A DNA stretch of 64,000 nucleotides from Perkinsus chesapeaki ATCC PRA-425. Taxonomy: Eukaryota; Protista; Perkinsozoa. Below, in pieces: positions 1 to 12,138 of the stretch (position 1 is the first letter of the stretch; each line of letters begins with the position of its first letter). Where the stretch lies: the NCBI GenBank assembly GCA_013115145.1, contig JAAPAO010000100.1, forward strand, positions 1-64,000, written 5' to 3'. The translations under genes and the position numbers were made by a program. A model generated the notes under the pieces. It made no database searches, was not told the DNA's origin, and was given only the letters and a program-made list of their open reading frames with translations.

Positions 1-6
1 CTACAG

Positions 7-1145
7 CGAGATGGAGTCATATTCAGCTCATGACCTTCGACACTTGGTCGAGTACGCCAGAAGAAAAGGCATTCGGGTCATCCCCGAGATCGACCTACCA
101 GGCCACTCTAGGGCATGGTCGACCATTTTCCCCGACTTGTTCTTGAAAGACCACGATTGCCCCCTGAAGTCAGCAATAGACCCTCGTAGCCTCCTCGAAG
201 ACGATGGTGTTCGCTTCAAGGCAACTATAGGAGAAGTCCTGCGGGTTATTGGAGATATATTCCCTGATCATCACATGCATATTGGTGCAGATGAAGTTGA
301 TATTCCCGAGACAAAATGTTGGTCAGTCAGCGCAGAGCTTATGAATTGGACAGAAAAGAAGTAGTATACTTATGAAGAGACTTGTCTTACATCACATCAG
401 GTATGGTGAGCGATCCACCAAGAGGCTTCTCAAAGAATTCATCACAGCTCTGACTTCTTTTATTACTGAAGTCCTCGGGAAGGAGGAGGTCTCTGCTTGG
501 GATGAGTCCTATGAGCTAGGAGTTCCACCAAGTTCTAAGATTATGTTCCAATTCTGGCGCACTTGGGGCAGCATGCGTTATGGGCTCTCTGACATCGCAA
601 AGTCTGGAAGGCGAGTGATAGGCAGTCCCGTTTCACATATGTATTTGGATAGTCCGAATCTTCCATGGTCCAAGACTTATCTCTATTCATTCTGTGCGGG
701 CTTCGAGGAGGACTCGGCGAAATGTGACATGGTTATTGGTGGTGAAGTTTGTGCTTGGAGTGAACTTATGGACGACACAAACTTGGACAAGATACTCTGG
801 CCCAGAGCCGCTGGACTCGCTGAGAATCTCTGGACCCGCACTAGACAGGTAGGCCTTTCGGATGAACAACTCCACATGTTATTTCAGAACCACATGTCCT
901 CAAGCGCGAGTAATGATGATATTTCACCAACTGTGAAGTCTCGACTCGCCTGGCTGCGATGCTATCTGATGCTTCGAATTGGAGTTGGAGTCTCTAACTT
1001 TAACTCAAGCTCCGATCTGAAGGGCCCTGGCAGTTGCGGGAGCTCACTTGATCCAGTCGACAAAGATGAGCCTTTTAAAGTCCGCAGCATTTATGGTGAC
1101 AGTATTCACACTCGAGCTTTTCTTAACGGTCTTGCTTATGTTTGA
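7..1145 (+). CDS. Beta-hexosaminidase (GH20), 5' part outside window
   Basis: GIRVIPEIDLPGHS, catalytic HIGADEV pair and GGEVCAWSE/LWPRAAGLAE motifs. One short intron about 361-400 joins ORFs 11..364 and 372..1145. Confidence 0.9.
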
Positions 1146-3032
1146 CCAGCATCCAATTGGGCATAACTCGGGCATAACTTTGGATGATGCGCATGAACTG
1201 TAATGTTTGTAGAATCAGTCCATTCTGTGGAACTATGTCGTCAACTGTGTGGTTTAGTTTTTAGTGGTATTGATTGCGTTCTACGTCTACTCGCGTGGGA
1301 ACATATCACATCTTGTTGCCCATTCTCCTTGACGGGTGACTCACCCCTTCCACACCACCACAGTGGTATCATTGAGAACTTCGTAACACGTTCCCGTTAC
1401 GGTTACACCGGGAGTGGCACTGCCGGAGGCATCCTTGCCCAGTTGCCAGACTAACGAAACCGCCAAGGCCATAAGGAGCACTTCCAATTTGTCTAAGAGA
1501 CTTAAGCGAGCGCCTTGCCCACATCCGACAGTCCTAATTAAGGCAGGTAAGCCGACTGAGCGACTATTGCTTTGTGGGCAAGCCATCGCTTCCTCGAAGA
1601 GAGAGCAGCTCTGGAGGAGATATCAAGCAGGTGTGTTCAGTACGGCAATCGTTTCTCGGCGATGGAATAATATCGAACCGCGCATAACATCCTGCTAAAT
1701 TGCAGGACATTAGGGTCGAATATTACAACCTTGTCTAGCAGAGCTGTGTACCGGTCTAGGCTATATCGCTTCACGCGTTAATCTGAAGGGGGACCCTTCG
1801 CTGCAGACAGCCTCCATCGAATCTCCAGCGTTCTCGCCATTTGCTTTTACACTGAAGTCTGCAGCCATTTACCGGGAGATAAGTACATTTATTCTCGTAA
1901 TCTTTGAAGCTCTCATGGTTATCCGTCCATCACCTCCATCCGCACGTTTGTCTCACTAAGGAGGCATGCTCTCCCCCCAATCCATCGCGCATAGCACATC
2001 ATGTTGCAGAGCCATACACTGCTGTCACGATCCGAGCTGAAGACGAACTGAGGCTCATCATCACGAGATGCTCAGAAGTTCTCCTGCCAGATTCTGGAAG
2101 TGTGCTAAAGCTTGCGTCAACGCAAGGGTAGTCCGAAATCTTTGGAGTAGATCCTCAAGAGATACTAAGTGATGTTTGGTGTGTGATACCTTGGCACTAA
2201 CCCAGCATCGCGAGAGCGACACTGTTCTTTGACGTTGCTCCTATCATAGGAGTCCTATGGTATACCTTTGTGTCCTCTTCGTAATACGCAATACACTATA
2301 TCCGAGGAGACTAATGTTACAATCAGATTTACGGTGACATTTATAATGACAAGAAATAAACTTTGGGTTTCTCTCGACGGTCTCGCTTATGTGTAGCTAA
2401 TATCATTACTGTGTTTAGTACACATGGTGTACTAATTATGGTTTGCATGAACGGTCATTTTCCGTGGATCAGATCTCCTGATCTGGAGCTACTGGCCGAG
2501 TTCATCGCCAAACAGAGAATTGCTTGGAAATTATAACTAGAACCGAGGTTGTGTATTATGCGATTCGGAGGTCGAACACCAATTCAGGACGAACTGACTA
2601 CCTCTTTCACACGACAACACCTCCAGAACTCAGTAACCACCAGCGGACTGTTTCGCAATAAGAGTGAGTTCACCATAACAAAACTCATCCATTATCAAGT
2701 TTGCTTGTGTCATTTCGGTGGATATCCGACCTCGAGTGGCCGCTAGACGTAAAGAGGGAAGAACTTCCCAATAACTCACAGAAGGCAACAAAGGCTTGAA
2801 AAGACTTGGAGAATGGTGGCAATTTTGGAGGAAGGCTCGAAACGACTTTTCCTTAGCCACATCTCCAACATCCTTCCCCATCGAAGGCTCCCTTCGAACT
2901 AAGACTGAACACAATACCGAGATTTACACTATAAACATGGTACAACATCAACAACATTTATAACGTAGAAATGCATTTTAAAAAATCCTTTTTGAGACAT
3001 TTCATTGTATACCGATAAATAATAAGAGATGC

Positions 3033-4292
3033 TCAAAATGAGGGTTGGTTTACTGAAGAGGTAGGATGAAGGTGTATAGGCTGGAATTGAGCCGAGGGAT
3101 CCTTGGAACTCCCGGTGTATATGGACATGAACCAGAGTACCATACCATCGTTGTTACAGATATTCAGCGAATCCTTTACGACGCGCCCCTTAGCATTCGC
3201 GGCACGTTTTAGCAATGTGAGTGCTGATACGAGCTGTGCCATTTCATTAGCGTCCGATGGCAAGCGAAGATTTTCACAGCCTTGGGCCTTGCGTGACGGT
3301 AACAAGTCCATGACAGGCAAGGCAAAACCACCGCCGGATTTCAAAGTGAAGCTTATTCTGCATGTCTTCGTGATCCCATCCGGGCTCGTTATGATCACGT
3401 CAGAATCCAGGATTTCACCATACGATGAGCCGTAGTATGTGCCTGCCTGAACTCCCATGCTTGGCCGCCTGCCATTACCAGCGGTAGATGGCCCAGCCTG
3501 AGATGCTAGACCGACTTTACTAGAGGGTGCTCCCAGTTCCGAAGCTGAAACGGTGGAGGGTCTCTTATTAGTCGACAATTTCATGTCGTTGGCTTTGAGA
3601 GCACGTACGAGGTGGGACGGGGGCACCGCGACCCTGCTATTTGGACTATTCAAACCGGAAGGATAACTTTGTGTTGACCGCCCTCCTACGGTTGCCTTGG
3701 GCTCAACCTGGCTTTCTTGGGAACTTTTGCTTGGCGCGTAAGATCTGCCAGATGTCGTAGATGGATATTTAAGGTGTGCGGGAGCTGCTGAAGATGATGG
3801 GTCAGTACGCATCGTACATGTCGCCTCTACCTTGACAAAGTCGTCCGCTAGTACAACGAGCACAGTCTTTCCCGACATGATGCAGAGATTGATCCGTTCA
3901 AGAGGGTAGCTTAGAATAAGTTCAGCCTCGAGAGCCTGGAAGGTATTCGTGTCAGTGGTACCATTGAAGAATTAAATACATCTACCCAATACGCTTACAA
4001 CAGGAGGAGCCGTGCCACCAGATGAGGTCTTGTCTTGCTTGTCATTCGACATCCAGTACAGCGGGACCGCCGAGCTCATACCGAGTAGGTCAAAGTTGTC
4101 TAGAGGAGTTAAACGGGCGCCTTGGCCATATTCCAGAGTCGTTACCTCCATAGTGACCTTGCCATAATGCCCTAAAGAGCATAAGCCAGTGCTACGGTAT
4201 ATACCAGACGGGAGCTCATCAGGGGTAACGGGTATGTTGGTACCAGTAGTGTTATGTATACCCAATTTGATAAGGAGCAAGAGCAGTATCAT
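3033..4292 (-). CDS. Lineage-specific secreted hypothetical protein (spliced)
   Basis: Hydrophobic N-terminus MILLLLLIKLGIH followed by LPSGIYRST. Probable introns near 3880-4000 join it to the 281-aa Ser/Pro-rich ORF. No recognisable domain. Confidence 0.5.
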
Positions 4293-4932
4293 ACGCGATT
4301 GAATGACGAAGGAAAGTAGCCGAATAAGAGTCGCCGCTCGAGCGCCGGAAGAGACAGGATACGCTGAGGAGGTCCAAGAGGTTGAAGACGGGGAACTGTT
4401 GGAACATACCTGCGCACGAAAGTCTTCAGGTTGTTCTCTCGTGAGTTTCATTTCACTCCAACAACGGAAATCCACAATGGAATAAATGTAGCTCGCGGAC
4501 GAATAGTCAAGATTCTGTATACTTAGAATGATAAGATGCGTATTAATACCCCACAGTTTAAGGTACAGGGAACACCCGTCATGTATAATACTAACTGTGT
4601 TCGACCGTCGCCTTTCGGTAACTGTGTTGTACCACTGGCCATGGTCAGGGCAGAAGATGGCACTTTGCTGGGGCTCGCACCACGTGTGACGTAGAACAAG
4701 GCTGGCAGTAGCATCACCCTAGAGCGATGCCCTTAAATGAGTGGCCATTCGTGTCTCGTATCTAAGCGAGTATCATGACCACGAGGGCCAGCAGCCGAGC
4801 AATTTATCGGAAGCCCGGTCCTATGGCAATCGTCTGCGTCTGACAGTTTTGCCTCTGTAAGCTTCCAGCACTGTCCCACTATTAGCGCAATACACTCTGT
4901 AAGGAGATTAATGATACAAACAGATTTTACGT

Positions 4933-6190
4933 TCACAAAATATCTCCAAGTCCGCCTGTCGGTTTCTCCTCGGGAGCAGCCCGCTTCGACTGGGCTGCAC
5001 GCCTTGCCTCAGTCGAGTAGCTACTCATCAACCGATCAAGCTCGGCGACCTCTGGAAGACGTTGAGGCCTACCGGGGACATAGCGCGAGATTGAGTAAAC
5101 CGCGGATGACATGGCAGCCATACCAAGGACCAGCCAGAAAACGCGAACGTGGTGCAGTGTAGCCTGCAGACTCGGATGCAAGATATTGAGGCAGCGATCC
5201 GAGCTACCATGGCAAGGTACCACATACCGCGGGTAGGCGGCCACAGCTGGACGGAACAAGCGCTCTGGCCAGGAATGGGTAATAGGCCCCATCATGGGGG
5301 TCACCACAGTAACATACGCCACACCGCAGAGGAACGCGGTTGAATGGGCCAACGAACCAAAGTCGAGGAGGGACTTCCGAGGCTCCGAGGTTACCAAGTC
5401 CATACACAACTGGAGACCGGCGATGAACAGTCTGACGGAAACGAACGAAGGGTCGGGCGGCAGCGCTACTCCAGCTCCAGCCAGCAAAGCATAGAGGGTG
5501 ATAATTGTCCCATCAACCGCGTAGCATACGGTCGATAGGCCGCCGAAGACGAGGTTCCAATTATCTATGAGACGACCGCATGATCCGATGATAACAGAAG
5601 TCATTGTGGCGAGTAGGACGAGGACGGCAAGGTGCTTCGAGCCGATGCCGCAAAAAGGGTAGCAGAATCCAGCCGATATGGGAGATGCTCCACAACGCAG
5701 GTTAGCACCACCAGGAAGGCCGATGTCGGGGGTGGACTCAAGATCCAGGCTGAAGAGGAGGTGTATGACCGAAACCATGAGGCTGGCAAAGTCTGGATGC
5801 ACCAGAGGGTAAGTTACCAGCCGCCAAAGCTGGAAGCGGCGGAATAGTGGCGCTGGTTGGAAGGTTAATTCATCTGAACAAAAGTAGCAGTGATCCTACT
5901 GTGAACGGCTACAATGACCTACCCTTGGCAGCAGCTACTCTCCGTGGTTGAGCGATACCCCAAACCCATTGGATAGAGTAAACCACCAAAGCTGCTATGA
6001 CGAGAGTCGATATCACTGGGCACGCCTCTACAGTGGCACTAAGGGAGGCCATCGGCCACACTATCGGTAAGATAAGTAGGCTTGGAACGCTCTTCACGGT
6101 GTTGCCTAGACTCCACATCAGTGTTGGGCCACCGCAGGCGATGGCCATGGCCATGTAGAGTATTCCTGGGCGAAGCCGGCTCCTGGCCAT
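4933..6190 (-). CDS. Rhomboid-family intramembrane protease
   Basis: Exon 6190-5921 is spliced across an intron at about 5872-5920 to QLWRLVTYPLVH (rhomboid WR motif). GLS candidate catalytic serine in FGGLSTVCYA, AHSTAFLCG candidate catalytic histidine, multiple TM segments. Confidence 0.7.
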
Positions 6191-6284
6191 GCAGTAGGGT
6201 TAACCTAACTCGCAGAACTCGGCGCTGGTACAACACAAGTCAATGTAGATGAGGAACGAAGAATCTCACGGGGTACACAGTGAA

Positions 6285-7140
6285 TCAGATAAACTTTTCC
6301 ATAAATTCGCGAACTCGCTGGCGACACGAGCCAGGCACCACATGGCCGCCGTCGTGGTAGTACATCAGGGGCTCGGGGAAGACGCTCTTGAAGATGTTGA
6401 AGCGGTCCTCGGGAACGACCTGATCCTTCTTGCCGTAGATCAGCATCACCGGCATCTGACGTGCACTCAAAATGCGTCACATGGCACCGCCCTACCGATT
6501 TGATCAGAGAGGACTTCTTTATTTCCTCCACAAGGGCCGGATTCTGGGGAAGGTTGCCGCTGGCAAAGATCAGGAACTTCACCTAAATCAAGGCCGCCGA
6601 TGGAGGGGAAATAAATGACCAGGCTCACATCTGCGAATGCTTCGGGGTGCTCGGCCATGGCCACTAGGACGGCTGCGCACCCGAGAGAAAACGCCAAGAT
6701 ACCCTTGGTATCTGGGGTGATACCTTCTATTATAGGAGTAACATCCATCTGAGAGGGAGCCCTAGGGGGACGGTGTAAGGACTACACCCACTTTATCTTG
6801 CCCGCGAGGAATGCCGGGCTGACGCCACGTGAGCAGGTCCTCATCGTCCGAGTCGTGGGAGAATCTTTCATCCAGTGGCACCACAAAGGGTCCTTTCACG
6901 AAGCTGAGACATAAAATCGACATGCTGTAGAAGTGATACCAATTAGCGTGGACTTTTTCACTCGCAAAGCCGTCATGATCCATAAATAAATGTGGGAGTC
7001 CCTATAGTATTTGCATGGCCACACACCAAAGATGATATAAACCCTAAAGTGCGTTCGCGTTTGTTGGGCAAGTTGATTAAAATTGAATATTTCGCGTTAG
7101 AGTGATGAAAATTGGCTGAAACCTTCAAGGGATATAGCTA
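6285..7140 (-). CDS. FSH1/OVCA2-type serine hydrolase, paralog 1 (N-terminus uncertain)
   Basis: FVKGPF..LLTW, nucleophile elbow GILAFSLG, IYGKKDQVV (Asp) and HDGGHVVP (His). Collinear with paralog 2. Confidence 0.75.
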
Positions 7141-7598
7141 TAAGACAACGGGAATCGATTGGTATAATTTTCTGTATATTGCTGAGTCGTCGGGGGCGCC
7201 TTCGAGTAGAAGGCCGATGTTGAGGTAGCCAAGAGACTCACGGACCGATGACGAGGTCCGTATTGAACCATTGGCCAAACGAAGCCTCGCAGTACAGAGG
7301 TACGAATATGGCCCATGGCTTCCCTTTACTACTCAAATTGGACCAATGACTTGCACTTCCGTCTTATAGGCCCAATCTTGTTGCTGAATCGCTCTGGCGT
7401 CTGAGCGTGGCCATGGACACATAGTAGCCGATTGCCACCGTGGTCCACCGTGCCCTCTGATGAGGTGCTCCTAGATGATGAGGTTGCTGAAGGCATAAAT
7501 ACGCTAAGTGGCTGGCATCCCCCGGGCTCCCATCGAACTACTCAAAGCAACACTAGAGAGATATACTGTACAGCAATACTGAGGAACAGAAATCGGTA

Positions 7599-8466
7599 TT
7601 ACTCTGCCGATGGTGACAGTGCACTCTGGACAAACGCTTTCACGTCTTTACGAGCCTCGGCAGGCACCATGTGGCCCTTGGGGTGCTCGAAGATGACAGG
7701 ATCCTTGAACATCTCAGCAACCCTCAGACTGCGGTCCTCGCTCACAACTTGATCGGACTTGCCACAAATAAACATGGCACGAACCTGCTTACAGGAATGC
7801 CTTTAGGAGAGCAGCGCTGCCAATCGATAGCACTACCTTGGGCCAGAGGGGGCAGGCTCGGATCTCCGCCTCTTGCTCAGAATTGTTCTGCGGGAAGAAT
7901 GCCCCACAAAGGATGATAAACTTAACCTGAAAAGAATCTTTATACCGACACTTCCGCCAACTTGTGTACATTCTCGAAAGCTTTAGGGTACCGTGCCATA
8001 GCAAGAAGGATGGCAGGGCAGCCCATAGAGAAACCGAAGAGACCCTGTGTTTCCGGGGTCATGGCCTTCGCGATGCCTTCAACATAAAATTCACCCAAGT
8101 TTTCCTGAAAACATAAAATGGCCCGCAGGCCGGTGGCATGGGATTGCTGCTACCGGGCTCTCCTTCTTAGGGTCGACCCAGGTATAGCTCTTCTCGCTAT
8201 CGGGATCATGGCTCGCGAAGACGTCATCGGCAGGCACTTCAAACGGTCCTTGTATGAAACTGATCAAGGAACCAAATCAGCTACATTGGTGAAGTAATCA
8301 TCACGTACTCGAAGTGCACAAGCCTCTTGCACTGTCTGCGAATGCCACCAGTCTTCTGACGGAAACCTTCAGGGCTTTGAGCATGACCGTGGACACATAA
8401 GACGCGATGGGCCAAGGTGGGGTCACTCTCCTCCGAGGTCGAGCTGGCTGTCGATGCGGCTACCAT
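7599..8466 (-). CDS. FSH1/OVCA2-type serine hydrolase, paralog 2
   Basis: RVLCVHGHAQSPEGFRQKTGGIR N-terminus, GLFGFSMG elbow, GKSDQVV and HPKGHMVP, across several short introns. Confidence 0.85.
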
Positions 8467-9148
8467 GGTTCTATAAAGCTTAGAAAACTGAGACTACCAC
8501 AGGTACTATTCTGCTTGGACGTAGTTAGGTTATCTCCGAGCCCTGGAAGCCCTACGATTCACATTAAGCAATATAGAGCCTGGCTAAGCTAATGGCGACG
8601 GACTAAAAACCCCCTAAACGATAACAACAACTAATCTGTGCCGGCGCTAACGGTTAGCTATCACTACCGGCACTACCGAGGAAGCTAGCCTCAGCCAGGG
8701 TGAAGGGGTAGCGGCGGGACAGGGCACACAAAGCATTAAGATGCCTCCCTCATGAACAAGGGGACAGGAGTTGCACAATGCCGTTGATGCGCAATCTGAG
8801 CTTCGAATTGAAGAGGTTGTTCATTCAGAGGCAACTAGCGGAGCTGAACCGCTGAAGGGTCTGTTGAGAATGTACTATCAATCGATAAGGCTCTTATGCT
8901 GAATCACCACCACGACTTAGTGTTGGCGTACGAAAAACGGTGAGGAGTGGTACGTCACCAGCTCAATGCATAGGTCCGAGACGCAGAGAATCCAGAGGTC
9001 GGAGCAAACGAAGCTCTGCAACGGAGCTATCAACAACTAACGAACTACCCGAGGTGGATCATTGTTACTTCAGTAGCTTTTATCAAAACTAAACGCTTCA
9101 TTCAGACATAATGATACTTTAACACCAATAAAGCCAGAAGACCTCGTT

Positions 9149-10313
9149 TCAAACCGTCTCAGGAATCGCAGCTGCAACACCGGAATCAGTCCGTGCCAAG
9201 TCGAGGTACATGCCACTGGTGTTCCACGCTGGTGTAGACTGATAGGCCCAGTCAAAGACCAAGGGGAAGAAGGCCGCAGGCTGCACCCCAGCACCCACTG
9301 GATAGTCTTCCTCCCCAAGCAGCAGCTGTGGTGGAGCGAATGATGCCGAATACATCGTGTGGTTCACAGTAGCACCGTCTTGATATCGCGCCGGAGTCGG
9401 TATGAAGAATGTCGTATTGGCCCTACGCGGTGGTACGCTTCGCTGATCCACCACCGTCCATCCACCACGAACGAACACTTCCACCTGAAATTAAAGAGAC
9501 TAATGCTATTGAGCCGATGGACAACGAATATTCAAAATGATACAAGCTCACTGATGATGAACAACATGGTGGTAATAAAAACAATTGATACAATTCCTAG
9601 TGGCGACCTAGCCTCACATCCCCTGTAGACAGGGATATCCTTCCAGAGCCTAACTTACCCAGTTGTGGTTACCGCAAGGAGGATCGCTATCTCCATGTGG
9701 GCAGGTGGCCTGTCCTTTATTCCAGTGCGGCGTCCCAGCCACCCGTGCTGGTATACCAACAGACCGCAGAGCAGCGACCAAATACAAGGCAAGACCTGAC
9801 CTCGCACCATCTGCTGCTACGAAATCTGATGGCATCCTCACCAGTGCACGACGAAGTTTTACTTTCGATAACTTCATACAGACTGTACGGCACCGCCTCG
9901 TTGGGAGGGGCAGGCACGAATACGACAGGCGGATCCGTGAAGTCCCATGCCCTTTCGTTGAGATGTTCAACAGCACACATGGCGTCTCGACAAGTGGCCA
10001 CCAAAGCCTCCATGAACCGCATAAACTCAAGGCCGTAGCCGGTAGCATTGCAGCCTCGAAAGTCGTTGGCCTCCTCGGAGAGGGAAGTGACGGGAAGAAC
10101 GTCGTTGAGGAAGAGAATCTGCGGCAGTTGCGAACCCCAAGGAAATTTCTTGAGTGTGCGGTGGGCCTGTGTGACCTGGCATGATAGGAAGTCAGCGGAG
10201 AACTTCCCTCTATCAACGGGCCGCTCGAACGTGCGCAGATATTCTAATGGATCACGAGGAATCTTATCAGAGCTGCAGAGAAGGACGAACAAAAAATGCA
10301 GCCATGGTGGCAT
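9149..10313 (-). CDS. Secreted transglutaminase-like superfamily protein
   Basis: Spliced product reads FLNDVLP..SCTGLALYLVAALRSVGIPARVAGTPHW..GNHNWVEVFVRGGWTVVD, giving a Cys-His-Asp triad. Two introns and a hydrophobic N-terminus. Confidence 0.85.
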
Positions 10314-10477
10314 TTACGCAATGTGACATAAACAAGGGACTTGGAAGTGATGCGAACTCAACAACAGCAGAACCGCGCTAGTGTAAACCGGCAGCCGGTT
10401 AATCGCTACCGTAAGCTGCGGTCATACAACCCAACACTCGTAGTTTAGCAATTCCAACGGACTGAATTAAAGCAGCC

Positions 10478-11776
10478 TTATAGCGAACGTGACTGGAAGT
10501 AAAGCTTCAAGCAGGCAGTAGCTCCGAGCAGGGAACCCACAGCAGCGGAGAGGAACGGCGCCGCTGAAGCTAGATAGTATAATGGGCCCGCTGCGCCGGT
10601 TCCTAATAGCCTACCGATGCCTTGAGAAAATGACATATAACCCATTAGCTCCCCTCTCCTAGTCACTGGAGCCAATGCTGCCACTATACCAGGCATGGCA
10701 CTGTAGATGGATGACGTAGTCACGCCTAGTAGGACCCATTTGATACAGAGGAAGGGCCACGGATACGCAAATAAGATGGGGAGGAGGAGGCTGGTCAAAC
10801 CGTACACCGTCATGGAAGCGGCGACGATAGCACTTGGTTGACGGCCACCGTGATTGCTTAGCCAGACGAACAGATACGAACCGAGAATGATCATCGATCC
10901 ATCACCAAGGTAAGTTGCTCCGGCTACCACAGGGCTCATGCTGAAGCTGTCCTTAAGGACCAAAGGCGTAGCTACACTAACAACAGAGTTGGTGAAACCA
11001 GACATCATTGCGGTAAAGTAAAGAAAGAAGAAAGCACACCATGGAATTGCCTTTGAAGCCTGGGCAGCGCCCTCAAGCAGAGGAGACTTCTGATCCGCTG
11101 TAGTGGAATGGAATCGAATAGACTCGGGAAGGCCAACGTAGATGAGCATCGTCACAGCCGCTGCCACACCGGCAGTGAAATAAAAGGGAGCTCTCAAACC
11201 GAAGTAAGAGAGGAGCCCACCGATGCCAGGGCCTACAGCCATACACAAACCCGGTATCATGTTCATATACCCTAGATAGGCTCTTTGTCGGCTCTGAACA
11301 CTCACAGTGTCGGCCACGTAGGCCATGGCCACAGGACGACCACCGCCGGCTAGACCGTTGAGAATGCGTAATGCGACGAACCACCAGAAGCCCTGAGTGA
11401 CAGCCTGGAGCGCATAGGCAACTGTGATGATGGCCGTCGATACCAAAAGTAGTGGTCGACGACCGAACCTGTCCGACAAGCGGCCCATCATGGCTGGGGA
11501 GAAGGTCATCCCTATCGCATAGGAGAGCATGCATGTAGAGTAAGCCACACCTGGAGATAATTTACCACAGCCTTGGAGTGATGACGGTGATGAAGGGTCT
11601 ACTAGGATTGGTATTATATTAAGGGCTAATGTCATACCCAGGTGGTCAATAAGGACCACCACACACACCAAGCTTATCCTGAACCGTTCTTTATAGGATG
11701 GTGACGATACAGTCGATGGAGAAAACATCATCGATGAAAACGAACTATATAAAGGGATACACCACAACAATAACAC
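10478..11776 (-). CDS. MFS transporter, DHA1/TetA-like, intronless
   Basis: 432-aa ORF with about 12 TM segments, motif A GRLSDRFGRRPLLL and RILNGLAGG. Confidence 0.9.
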   Translation of the reverse strand: MLLLWCIPLYSSFSSMMFSPSTVSSPSYKERFRISLVCVVVLIDHLGMTLALNIIPILVDPSSPSSLQGCGKLSPGVAYSTCMLSYAIGMTFSPAMMGRLSDRFGRRPLLLVSTAIITVAYALQAVTQGFWWFVALRILNGLAGGGRPVAMAYVADTVSVQSRQRAYLGYMNMIPGLCMAVGPGIGGLLSYFGLRAPFYFTAGVAAAVTMLIYVGLPESIRFHSTTADQKSPLLEGAAQASKAIPWCAFFFLYFTAMMSGFTNSVVSVATPLVLKDSFSMSPVVAGATYLGDGSMIILGSYLFVWLSNHGGRQPSAIVAASMTVYGLTSLLLPILFAYPWPFLCIKWVLLGVTTSSIYSAMPGIVAALAPVTRRGELMGYMSFSQGIGRLLGTGAAGPLYYLASAAPFLSAAVGSLLGATACLKLYFQSRSL

Positions 11777-12138
11777 TCTCCGATTGGGAGGCTCCCGTTA
11801 GGAGTAAGGGGTTCAATGTCGAGAAGCCACAGTCACTACAGGTGGCCTCCTACGGGCTACGAATCTGACAGGGAAGAATATAAAGCTGGATAGATGTCGA
11901 TGTCGAATTATCTCGGCTCCACGAGCCTTTGAGGATACTCAACTCAAGCAGCAACATGTAGAATTGACAATTACCTTGAATAGATAGCAAATATGATACA
12001 CTTCACGGGGAAGCAGTGAGAGGCAACGAAGCCAGGGCAACGCCGCCGCCTAACATGGGCGAGTGGGCAATGACAATGCAACTCGAAAGCTGCAATGGAA
12101 ATGCGACAAGACTCCGGTGGACTCCATGGAATTATTAA

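Noticed and set aside
1200-2920. Short ORFs between the hexosaminidase and the secreted-protein gene
   Set aside because: No recognisable motifs or consistent splice pattern. Probably gene debris.
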